Shown here piece after piece: positions 9,828 to 20,000 of a stretch of DNA of 20,000 nt; the stretch's first letter is position 1, and the number at the start of each line of letters is the position of its first letter. Where the stretch lies: contig NW_014569503.1 of assembly GCF_000743755.1 (NCBI RefSeq), forward strand, positions 51,785-71,784. Direction: 5' to 3'. A model generated the notes under the pieces. The model saw only the letters and a program-made list of their open reading frames with translations, had not been told where the DNA came from and made no database searches. The position numbers and the translations under genes were made by a program. This DNA comes from Blastocystis sp. subtype 4 (lineage: Eukaryota).

Positions 9828-11093
9828 CTAATACGCTTTGCGAGAAAAGGAGGAAAATAACTCATTTCCTCGAAGAAGGCTATTACAGTCCCTACAGACA
9901 GTAGCCGAAGGTGGATTAAAATAACCACCTATTGTTAATTGCCTTTCTATTCTCCTACACTTCTTACACCTTACTCCAGTTTCTGAATCAATATGTCCAG
10001 AAGATAAACCTGGAGTTCCTCGAATGTCCATGGTCTTCTTCAGAAGTGTTTCAATTTCAGCATCATCTAGTTCATACCTACAGTTAATGAATCGAACCAA
10101 CCAAACATTGCACGCAAGGACACACTCCTCCTACAGATAAGATCGGTTCTCATTCCCTACCTCCAAAGGATAAATGCTGTCAACATAATCAATATAATAA
10201 GAAGTGTCAGGATGATCACAATCCAGTGAATCCATGCATAGTTAGTTTGCTCAATACGAATAGCATTCGATTTGAAAAAGACTAAACATCAACTACAACT
10301 CTAAGATTCACTTTTGCCATCTGCATGCTGAATAATACATTGAACTCTATATAATGTTTCTGGCTTCTTGACTGGAAATGAACAGTATGTCGAGGTTGCA
10401 TTAAAATCCTTTGAATTCACTTCAATCCCCTTACTATCGAAAAGACTGCAGTGAAATGGAATATCGAGATTGCTGTCAACACGGAAGTACACTTCATCAG
10501 AACGAACATATCCAGAATGAAGAACAAATCGACCAGTTTTGGTAATAACTACTTGTTTCATTACAATTGGTTTTTCATCTTTCTTTAAGAGGTCATGACC
10601 AGTACACATAATTTCATAGGTTGTTGAAGGATCCAGATCTGATAGTGAGTAGGTCTTCCGTCCTATTCGTGACTCCAATGATTAAAATATCACTTCGAAT
10701 CCTGATACCCTCTATTCGGCGTTGTAAGTCTATCACATCAATGTCTTCACCAACTTTCCAGGCACCACACCACACTATTGAAGGAGATGAAACGGTAATA
10801 TCTAAACTAATATGGGTTGGTTCAATCTGGAGAACATTAAACAACAGTTGTAAACGATGTTTGGAATTATCATTAACATAATCAGGCGACTTTCTTCTAT
10901 CAGTAGTCAAGCCTGTTCTCTGTAAGTCAGTTCATCACCGAACACCTACACTATCAAAATCACTTCTTGATGATCCTGAGTACCTCTCATGTTTAGTTGC
11001 TATGCTTTGTGTCCTTCCTAGTTGAAATAGACAGACTATGTAAGAACTAAGCCATTTTCGCTTACATAGCGCGAAACATAGAAGCAATCTCAT
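9828..11093 (-). CDS. Uncharacterised type I membrane protein: signal peptide, beta-rich ectodomain, one TM helix, C-terminal C4 zinc ribbon
   Basis: ATG at 11093 gives MRLLLCFAL|FCLFQLGRT (signal peptide across intron 11036-11065). Further introns include 10920-10949 and 9929-9958. TM helix WIHWIVIILTLLIILIIV at 10181-10234. Spliced tail RCKKCGYFNPPSATVCRDC. One intron donor near 10100-10115 is ambiguous. Confidence 0.75.
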
Positions 11094-11227
11094 ATCTGAG
11101 TTATTCGGATAGAGTTTGATGCTGTGATTACGGTGACAAAAAGAGGAACAAATTCTGTTCTCCTAAAAAAGTCTCGATTTGTAAACACGAGTTTCTTATC
11201 TCTTTGCAACAAAGAACAATGAGTCAA

Positions 11228-12210
11228 CTAAATGAACATATGTTGCACATCACTCTCCATGCGTGGAACATACAACCAGTTAATATTCTTTCCAATATGA
11301 TCATACAACAGAGCCAGAGAATTACGACAATCAATTAAATTCATTCGAAACTGCATAATATACCATTCATCATAACTAGCAAGCATGTATTGTAAGTCTT
11401 CCACATCAGGAAAGCGAATCAACTATTTCATAAAACTTCATGAATTATTACATTTCCGAGCAAAACACCTCGATTCAAGAGATAATTGGAAATGAAGGAG
11501 ACGACATTGGAAATCGCACCTTCCATGCTATTCAGATTAGCGATATATTCCTCCTGAACAGAAACACCGAAATTATTTCCATCTTCGATACGAGGAACAT
11601 TGAGAGAGATCCATAACTTGATTGCGACGACCATCCGACTCACCTTTGTCATTTCGTCGTTTACAAAACGTAATAACTCAGCAAGCTTCTGTGTATCAAT
11701 CCATCTATGCAAACCTACCGAATTGGGAGGAATCGAACAATCTGCTGGAAGTGTGAAACTTTCATCTCTTACCGGTTCCTTGATGTCTAATACAGATGAA
11801 TTCCGCTTTTGGGATCTTCGCTTCTTCTGTTGTTTCACCCATGAATCATAGCTGCCACGAGTACTTTTCACAAATTCGTTTTTCAGGTCATTACAATGCA
11901 CAAGGCGGTCTGTAAACTCATGGATGTTTCCATACAACTCCTTTGCTAATTCTTGTGATGACATTGAAAACAAACTCTCATTCTACTGATTATCCATCCA
12001 TCCATTATCCACTTTAATACGTTCTGTCAATAACAAGACTTCTACAGGCAGTTCCTTGAAGAACACATCTTCTCCTTGCTGAATTAGTTTTTCATTTAAA
12101 TCAGTAATCCTTGCTTTCGTTTCCTCCGAGGTTTGAAGAACTCTGGAATCCTTATGGTCTTCAAGAGAAGAAGACATAGTTCTGTCTTCATCTCCTAGAG
12201 GAAGAGCCAT
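11228..12210 (-). CDS. Proteasome activator PA28/REG (11S) subunit; introns 11983-12012, 11423-11451
   Basis: Activation-loop signature KLWISLNVPRIEDGNNFGVSVQEE, followed by FPDVEDL...YDE...RNSLALLYDHIGKN...PR. The start could alternatively be the second ATG (MSSSLEDH). Confidence 0.92.
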
Positions 12211-12473
12211 ACTAGTGTCTTGATATAAAGAAAACAAGCCATAATCAATCCCGCGGTTCTTTCATTAATTACCACATACTCATAAGTTTATAGTATACGT
12301 AGATAGAAAGGTTTTCAAAGGTTGATAGATGTTTTTAATAGAGTTTCAAAGAGAGAGTACATCTTATAGTATTCTCTTCCCTCTTTGATTATCACACTCT
12401 ATAGAGTCCAATTATACTACTGATTCACAAACCAACAAAGGTTCACATTCATTTTGTTTTCGAGTATCTGGAA

Positions 12474-15400
12474 ATGGCTTCGCAAAGTGATATACAGTTC
12501 CAGAGATTGAAGACAGAGATGGGAAGTAGTGTCTTGAAGCAGCTTGTCTCCCTGGAGATTGGTATGTCTGTTGAATCCTTCTTTCTGATTGTACATAGAT
12601 GTAGAAAACAAATCCATTAAGGGATACACGGATTTGTGTATTGTGCCTCATGGAAGAGGACTTAAGAATATTCGACTCAACTGCAGACAATGCGAGATCG
12701 ATAGTATCTATGTAAATGATGTATTCTTGTGGTAAAGTGATTGTTATGGTTTTAGATACCTGCGAAGTATTCTTATTACGATTTCTTGGATAATGTTATG
12801 TATGATAATGCCCGTGATCTGAAATCATATTATTCACTTCTCCGAGGATCTCTAGCCATATCCTTTGTTTGTGTTGAAATTAGTGTTCTTGACTACCAAG
12901 CAGCTAAAGACGGTGAACTAATTATTGAAATTCCAAAAGAGGTTCAATTATCGTATTTGAAACGAGATGTCTACGTTAGGACGTTCAGTAATCAGCAAAC
13001 CACTGAGTATGTTATCAGTATTATATTTGAATGATTAGATCAAATTCCAAGTTTGTCATCGAGCCGTTCTCCTCGGATATTCCTTCTCTTAATGATGCAA
13101 CTGCGGATAAGATCCCTCCTGCAGATAGCAAGGTCTGGAACCGAGTTTATCAGCACAATCCGATCCAAATTCATATTAAATATTCTCTTAAGAATCCTGA
13201 AGTTGGTATCTATTTCCGTGATACTCCAGTTCCTCACATTTTCTCTTGGAGTTGTTTCTTTTCGGGAAAGCAAGAAGAGACATTATGCAATGGCACACGA
13301 ACTTGGCTTCCATGTATTGATATGGATTTAGAGCGATGTCTGTGGGAATTGGAGTTCATTGTTCCTTCAAACTTTTCAGTTCAAGCCAGTGGTGAATTTG
13401 TGAAAGAACAGATGTCTGTAATGAATAAGTGAATGAGGAATAGAAGTAAGATCCATCCACACAAAGCCATTCATGTCTTTCGGTCTTCGATTCCTCTTGC
13501 AGCTTCTTCTATCGGATTTGTTGCTGGAGCATTCAAAGAGAAGATTCTTTCTCCTTCCAATTGTCTCTATGCTGCGATTGATCATGCTCATCCCTATATG
13601 CTTACATACTGTGTCTGTTCTTATTCATACTCATTCATAGGTTCAGAAGTTGTGGAGAAAGCTGTCCATTTTCTCTCCACTATCTTCTCTCATGAATCCA
13701 TTACCAATCATTCTATTCTGCCTTCTACTTCCTTCGTATTCGTTCATCAACCCCCTGAACCTTACTGTGTCTGTAAGAATCTCATTATCGTTGACAGAGA
13801 CCTTCTGATTGGTGAACGAGTATCATCTAATAACCGCGATTATTCATAGGATTTTGCACATATCTCAGAATTCCATCATATGATATGTATGTGTCTGGCC
13901 TATCAATTCTTTGGTATTCTGGTAGCTCCTCTTTCGTGGTCAGATTCATGGATTTGTATTGGAATTCCATCATTTCTTGCAATGCGTTTTATACGATCTG
14001 TAGGAGAATGACTAGGATGCTAATGTAGACACTTGGAGAGAATGCTGAAAGCTATTTATGGTTCCGATTTCGTGATTCTGCATTCTCCATTGAAGATCAA
14101 GTGGCGTCGCTTCCAGCAGATCAGAGTAATCGCTGTACGATCATGAATAATCGACCTTTAGCAATGGGAGGAGGTGCAGTGTTCTTAACTAATTCTCCAT
14201 TTGCTACTCCATTGCTCTTTGTAAAGAGTCCTATTGTAACTGCTCTGATAAGTCAGCGTTCAGGAGATACGTACTTTCTACAAATAATAAACAGTATTGC
14301 TGTTCGTTGTCTACATTTATTGGATGAAGAAGCTTCAATTCAACAAGGAATCTATGACTTGCTTCCATTATCCAAGCATTTGTCTTTGAGACAGTATGTC
14401 CTACCTCGACCCCCTTCTCTTTCTCTTGTTACTTCAATTCAAGAAGAAAGTATCATTCATCAACCTATTCCTCCTATTATCAATCAAGCATCTATTCAAG
14501 AGGATATGGCTTCTAAGCGTCTGCGACTTGATCCTGTGGTATCAGTTCAATCTTTTGATGTAAGTACTCCTCTCCTGAGTATGTCAAATCAACCAAGTTC
14601 TCCTCTAAGTACTACTTCATCCATTCAACATGTGAAGTTGAATTATGAGAGTGAGATTGGTACTGAGAAGGCACTACGACCATGCATCCAATCTTCTCGT
14701 TCTTTAACCCAAGACGATTTCGATGATCGAAGTAAATTCTCTTGTTTTCTTACATTTCTAGTGTCAGTTGGCTCATCCACCACGGAAGGAACTCTCTCTC
14801 ATGGAGATGGATGTGTGATCAAGACAAAGACAGCTCTCGTCTCCAATGATCTCTATGATCAGTGTGATGTGACTATGAGTGGTGAACATGCAATCATTCC
14901 TCCTTTGGTGAACATGCAAATTCCTCTTTGTTACGCTGATGGAAAGATTTCAACATCTCTTCGAGATACTGGAAGTAGTATTCAGATCATCTGTTGATGT
15001 CTAGAATTAGATCCTGACTTTGAGTCAGTAGATCGAATGAAGTACAACCTATGTTATCTCTCTACAGACTCCTTCATGCGACTAATATCAGATAACTTGT
15101 CATTCAAGGATGATAACTTCCAGACAGTGATGGTAGAACGAAACGGATATGATCAGTTTTATCTTCAATTCAATTATGATAGTACACAGAAAGAATCACA
15201 GCTAATTCTGGAACGTCTTTCTAAGGATATTGTCAGTAAGGATGAAGTAATTGTGGAAAGAACGGAAGGGACGGGAATTCATATGGTGTCACTACGATTT
15301 GAAGATAATGAACGTCGAACATCAGAATTCTACAAGCAAGCAAAGTCCCATGTATGATTCAGTGAGTGATATCATGAATAGAAACAAGAAAATGAATCAA

Positions 15401-17292
15401 AGAAGGCTACTCAAGTGTTATTCATTCGACCTGATCCTGCTCATTCTTGGTATGCTGCTTTCACTACATGTCAGACACTTCGAATGTGGACAACTCTCTT
15501 CTTGAAGTGTACTTCTGAAAGTGATCGAGTTTTGGCTCTTCGTGCTCTCGTGTATTTTGCTCAACCTCCTGACAAACACGAACTCCCTCGTCGTGAAGAC
15601 TATACAAAGGAGATGGCTTTCAGAGATCTGATTCGAGAGGAACAGCAGCAGGGAAGTTCAGTTACTCTCGAGCAATTCATGAAACCTCGTAAACGCAAAA
15701 CAGATGGTGAACCGAAGAAACCAAAACCGAATTCTGAACATCGAGTAAATATGAGATTGGAGATTCCAGAACGATATCGACGAGCAGCAAAAGAACGTAT
15801 GATGAAGTATAGAAAGGATATCAAGAGACAACAGCAAGAAATGGATGTGTATCCTGATGAGGGACCTATTGATGTATATGAGAATTGTTTGTATAGTGAT
15901 GAAGATATGTATGTCTATCAAGGATCTTATAACTATAGGAATATTGTTCAAGAGGCAATTCTTGCTTGTGTATTCTGGCAGAAATTTAGTGCCGAAGATC
16001 CCCGTGAAAAGTGTCGTGACTTAGGCAAGCGATCTCTAATGAGTTCATTCCACAAATTCTTCATGTATGAGGATGGTAGCATTTATCCTGTGCTGTATGA
16101 TGAATCCTGTATGATGAGACGAGCGATGGTAAGTAGCATTGCATTACTACGAGATAAAGAAGAGTATGAACGTATGAATAGTAATTTATAATAGTTATAC
16201 ACCTGATGACGTGTACGAGTTTATTCTGTTACAACTTCAATATCATGATTATGTGAGTACGCCTCAAGTATATGACGTGGATGAAGAATATGTGGCAACA
16301 TTACTCTATTCATTAGCTTCACTTCAAACTCGAGCCATGGCTGCATATATTGATCCAGAAAAGTCTCTGTTATTTGTCATTGTCATAAATAGTCCTGAAT
16401 TATCTCAGCCAGCAGACAGTCACAGTGAGTATCAAATCCTGCGTTGTCGTGAGATAATCACAAATTATATGACTTATCCATCACCATCATTCAAATGCAA
16501 AGTGTTGATTGCTGCATTGTATGCTGAATCTGTGTTTGAGATGTGTGCTCGTTATCCTGTAACTACTCTCTTCTCTAAATACATTGATTTGAGCTATCCA
16601 GTGTAGGTATTGATCAAGTGATGCATTCGTAGAAAGATTCGTTGTGAGGCTTATCGTTGTTTAACTCGTGTACTACTTCGAAAAGAAGATAATCCTAGTT
16701 TTTGGGCTTCCAATTTTACTTGGGTTTTTGATCGAGCCATGGCTGATCCTGATCCTTCTGTTCCCGTGGCCTTCTTGAATTATCTTATCAATCCTGAGTC
16801 CAAATCACCATTTACACCTGTTGCAGAGTACTATTTGAATACGACACGAATTATGCGGCCCTCATTGCCGAATTTTGCGGATAATAATGATGATGGTTTT
16901 ATTCTTGCTGAACGGATTTGGGAGGCATTAGGTAGTCGAAGTCGATACAACACACAACTCCGAAAACTTCTCTTCATACTATATAAGCATCTATTTGGAG
17001 TCGATCTTCCTAAAGTGTATGCAATGATTGCGAAGGAGGTTGGAATTGTTCGATTGACATTTGATGATACTCCTTTGGAAATGTATCCGGCTATGGTAGG
17101 AATGATTGGTATGATTGAGGATAGGTTAATACGATATACATTGATAAAGGAAAAGAGACTCCAATTATTGAGAAAGAACGTCGAGTGGGTAAGAATTGAT
17201 TACACATCTAATTTTGAGACTCTAAATCATTTAAGGATAAGTCAGTATCCATCAAAGTTCGTGTGTGGAGGGATTCTCGACATACTCCTTAA
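12474..17292 (+). CDS. TAF2: TFIID subunit TAF2 (non-catalytic M1 aminopeptidase fold), multi-intron
   Basis: Spliced motifs KSIKGYTDLCIVP...IRLNCRQCEIDSIYVN, TRTWLPCID...CLWELEFIVP...ASGEF, AASSIGFVAGAF, LAYQFFGILVAPLSWSDSWICIGI (no HEXXH). The 3' end is inferred through introns 17096-17124 and 17189-17218 to TAA at 17290-17292 and is less certain. Confidence 0.87.
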
Positions 17293-17310
17293 TCCAGTAA
17301 GAATTAATAG

Positions 17311-17318
17311 TGTTTGTT
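17311..17318 (+). promoter_or_regulatory. TGTTTGTT GU-rich polyadenylation element (TAF2)
   Basis: Exact motif 18 nt after the inferred TAF2 stop and just before the convergent tRNA terminator. Confidence 0.75.
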
Positions 17319-17334
17319 CTAAGAACCAAAACGG

Positions 17335-17339
17335 AAAAA
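17335..17339 (-). terminator. RNA polymerase III terminator (T5) of tRNA-Val
   Basis: TCTTTTT follows the tRNA 3' end on the minus strand. Confidence 0.7.
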
Positions 17340-17341
17340 GA

Positions 17342-17414
17342 TGACTATACCGAGGCTCGAACTCGGGATCTCTCGCGTGTCAGGCGAGCGTGTTAGCCAC
17401 TGCACTATACAGTC
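17342..17414 (-). tRNA. tRNA-Val(GAC)
   Basis: Minus strand reads GACTGTATAGTGCAGTGGCTAACACGCTCGCCTGACACGCGAGAGATCCCGAGTTCGAGCCTCGGTATAGTCA. Acceptor stem GACTGTA/TATAGTC, anticodon stem CTCGC/GCGAG with loop CTGACAC, T-arm CCGAG-TTCGAGC-CTCGG, discriminator A73. Confidence 0.95.
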
Positions 17415-17642
17415 AAGTAATAGAGTTTTGAACTGACTCGTAATGAAAGCGACATGGAATTGCCATTCTGACTATAAAGCATCTCAACTACCCATAGCTT
17501 GAAAGAATAGTTTATTTCCATTCTCAATAGCAATTTATAATAATCATAGAGAGTAAATCCTTATCACAAAATCTGCTAATAGTATTTTACCCCACCCCAT
17601 TAAATTGTCCATCGTTATTGAAGCAGAAAGTGTGCTATAGAT

Positions 17643-18236
17643 ATGTCCTCGGAACAAGCAATTCACTCTGTGCAGGCCTTTGGTCGTAAGGTATGAAATG
17701 ATTGAGTTGTGTGTGTTTTGGCTGTTCAGAGTCTAATCTCCCGTTATAGAAGACTGCTGTTGCTGTCGCTCACTGTAAGCAGGGAAAGGGAGTCATGAAG
17801 CTGAACGGTCAGCCTATTGACATCCTCCAGCCTGAGTGCCTCAAGATGAAGGCTTTGGAGCCTGTGCTTCTTCTCGGAGCTGAGAGATTCGCTCATCTCG
17901 ACATCCGTATTACTGTGAAGGGAGGAGGTCGTGTTGCTCAGATCTATGGTACTGAGTGGTTATTTCGATATCATTTATTAGCTATTCGTCAAGCTATTTC
18001 TAGAGCTATTGTTGCCTTCTATCAGAAGTGTAGGAAGTGAGTCTTTGGTGTAAGAGGTAGATGTTGATGAGCAGGCCAAGCGTGAGATCAAGGATATTCT
18101 GGTGAGCTATGATCGTTCCCTGATTGCTGTTGGTAGGACTGAAACAGTGTTATGAGAGTTAGATCCTCGTCGTTGCGAGCCCAAGAAGTATGGAGGTCCA
18201 TCTGCTCGTGCCCGCTACCAGAAGTCTTACCGATAA
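17643..18236 (+). CDS. RPS16: 40S ribosomal protein S16 (uS9); introns 17691-17749, 17949-17981, 18030-18060, 18133-18162
   Basis: [30 protein letters not shown]...[75 protein letters not shown]. Confidence 0.97.
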
Positions 18237-18355
18237 ATGCTCAGTCTCTTGTGGCTGTGTATTGTTGGTTTATCGTACTGAGCACACCCTTTCTTGTTTC
18301 TTTCAAACATTCCATAACCCAATCAGAATACACATTTACAGTTAACCCAAGACCT

Positions 18356-20000
18356 TCAATTCTTTCGAAGAACACAACCATCACTTGTATGACCATACTT
18401 GTTACAGATGGTACAATAGATGGCATCTATACTCAACACACCACACATACACATACTCTTTCGATAATACTCCTTATTGAACAGAGGAAAGATCTCAATA
18501 TACCGCTTCCCAAGATGTCTCATATGATACTTCAAACCCTCTTTGCAATCTTCCACACATGAAAATGTCACAAACGCTTCTCCACTTGGTCGTTGCATCG
18601 TATCTTGTCCAATTACTACTGAAGGACTTCCATCTCCAGTACGAGGAACTACAAGTGGAGAGAAGAATTTCGCAATATCTTCTTTGGAAGCCTATCTTTC
18701 ATTCACATCTCTCATTCTCACTGAATACGGTAATCCTCGTAACTTCAATGTCATGATCGAATTCTCTTCAATTCGTTGTAGTAACATCGTCTCTTCCTAC
18801 CCATCACATTCTCTCTCTATTCCTACCAGCAAATCACGGGAACCTTTCTCATGTTGACTTCCTTTCTCTTCTTGTACTGTTCTCTCTGGTTGACTGGACT
18901 TATCGAAAGATGATTGGTGACGAGACTGAGGAATGAACTCAGCACAATTCGGATTCAATACAGAGTTACCACCTCCAGATCGTCGTAGTGTCTTGTTGTT
19001 GGAATAATACTCCAGAGATGAATATGAAGGATGCACACCAAATCCTTCCTCCAATTTGAACTCAGAACTCATATTCGGATCTCCTGTTAAGACAAAGTCA
19101 CTTCCACTGTCACCCACTCCTAGATTCATATGAGAACCAGCATTACCTCGACCCAATGAATACTCATTCCCATTCTCACCAAAACTCATCGCACCATTGT
19201 TACCAAACCGACCTTGTAGTGTGGGTGTACGAGCTGCTAATGTGGGTGTACGGGCTTGAAGAACTGGTGTACGAGCTTGCATTGAGAGAGGAGAAGCTTG
19301 ATTACGTCGAAAGCCACCTGAAGGAACGAAACTGATACTATTAGCACGACGACGCTCTTCAGTTCCATCCGTTGTCGACACTCTCGTAGACATCTCCATA
19401 GGACCTAACAAACCTCGACCTGTTGAATGGGAACTTGTACTGTCGATCGAACCATGGTTTATAGACGAAGTTGAACCCATCGTCCATGAAGGATTGATAA
19501 ATGACTCATCACCAGGATTCCTTGATTCTTCCCACAATGATCCTTGAGGATTCAATACAGACGAAGAGAGAGTAAATGAGATTGGTTCTGAACCATGACG
19601 AGTGGATATGGCACGTGTAGGAAGATTGGAAGTCAAGAGAGAGGAAGCATCTCTGTCCTCATGAAATGTGAATAAGTTCCCAAATCGATACTCATCAGAA
19701 CCACGAGATAAGTGGAATTCTGGCATGGATTCATCTTCAGAAAGATGAGGAGTTTCAAGCAACGAATTAGGTCTCAGAAGAGGTGTCTGAGATTGAATCC
19801 GTGGATAACCCAACAAACCATCAGGAACTCGACTTTCAGACAACGGATGATGACTTTCAAGTCCAGGAGAGCGCAGATGAAGGGAGTTCAGTCCTGAATA
19901 GGATGATTGAAGTAGACTTGGAACAAACTCTCCTTCTGTTGCATCCAGAGAACGATGACGTCGATTTGACTCTTCTGACCAACTCCCAGAAGTTTGATCC
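18356..20000 (-). CDS. RNA-binding protein (5' partial): long S/G-rich disordered region, PAM2 motif, hnRNP F/H-like qRRM, CCHC zinc knuckle; introns 18797-18826, 18692-18721, 18427-18456
   Basis: Frame is open to the window edge. SVLNPNCAEFIP (18929-18964); LKLRGLPYS|ASKEDIAKFFS...RPSGEAFVTF...HMRHLGKRYIEIF; CTICNKYGHTSDGC (18374-18415). Confidence 0.85.
19217..19279 (-). repeat. Three imperfect 21-nt coding tandem repeats (QARTPVL/QARTPTL/AARTPTL)
   Basis: CAAGCTCGTACACCAGTTCTT, CAAGCCCGTACACCCACATTA, GCAGCTCGTACACCCACACTA on the minus strand. Confidence 0.85.

Noticed and set aside
12412..12690. Two minus strand ORFs
   Set aside because: They lie antisense to the first TAF2 exons (LNCRQC motif), which the ORF track missed.
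13280..14000. Active M1 aminopeptidase
   Set aside because: No HEXXH or GAMEN motif is seen; LAYQFFG...WSDxW matches TAF2.
17293..17344. TAF2 reading through into the tRNA, or a poly(A)-made stop at 17305
   Set aside because: Splicing 17096-17124 changes the frame, and genomic stops occur upstream of the TGTTTGTT element (TAA at 17290), so no poly(A) completion is needed.
17691..17749. Box C/D snoRNA in the RPS16 intron
   Set aside because: There is a C-box-like ATGATTG but no CTGA D box and no convincing terminal stem.
18152..18857. + strand ORFs 18152-18562, 18543-18857 and 18559-18756
   Set aside because: Off-frame to the last RPS16 exon and antisense to the qRRM/CCHC gene; no recognisable motifs.
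1..20000. Fragmented ORFs read as pseudogenes, frameshifts or an alternative genetic code
   Set aside because: The breaks I traced are resolved by short GT-AG introns that restore conserved motifs, for example in RPS16, RPS10, PA28 and ribokinase.
1..20000. CRISPR arrays, transposons, rRNA
   Set aside because: No repeat-spacer structure, terminal repeats, transposase or reverse transcriptase motifs, or rRNA-like sequence was seen; nearly all the sequence is explained by host genes.

Overview
Gene-dense eukaryotic nuclear DNA, AT-rich (roughly 40% GC by eye, not counted). Genes are broken by very short GT-AG introns of mostly 28-34 nt, and several end just upstream of a TGTTTGTT-type GU element. 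Together these point to Blastocystis (anaerobic gut stramenopile); this assignment is an inference. The ORF track is misleading because its ORFs are exon fragments or antisense shadows. Manual splicing gives, in order: ribokinase (-, partial), tRNA-Gly(TCC), a bacterial-type RecX with introns, 40S protein eS10, a ~2,200-aa orphan with ARM-like helices, PH domain(s) and a RanBP2-like zinc finger, a ~65-aa candidate microprotein missed by the ORF track, a type I membrane protein with a cytosolic zinc ribbon, PA28/REG proteasome activator, TAF2, tRNA-Val with a GAC anticodon, 40S protein uS9, and a partial PAM2 + hnRNP F/H-type qRRM + CCHC RNA-binding protein. The most interesting points are the G34 tRNA-Val (eukaryotes normally use A34/inosine), the presequence-less RecX, a tRNA filling a 152-bp divergent promoter, the orphan domain architectures, and a possible poly(A)-completed stop codon. 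All gene models were spliced by hand without transcript data or database searches.
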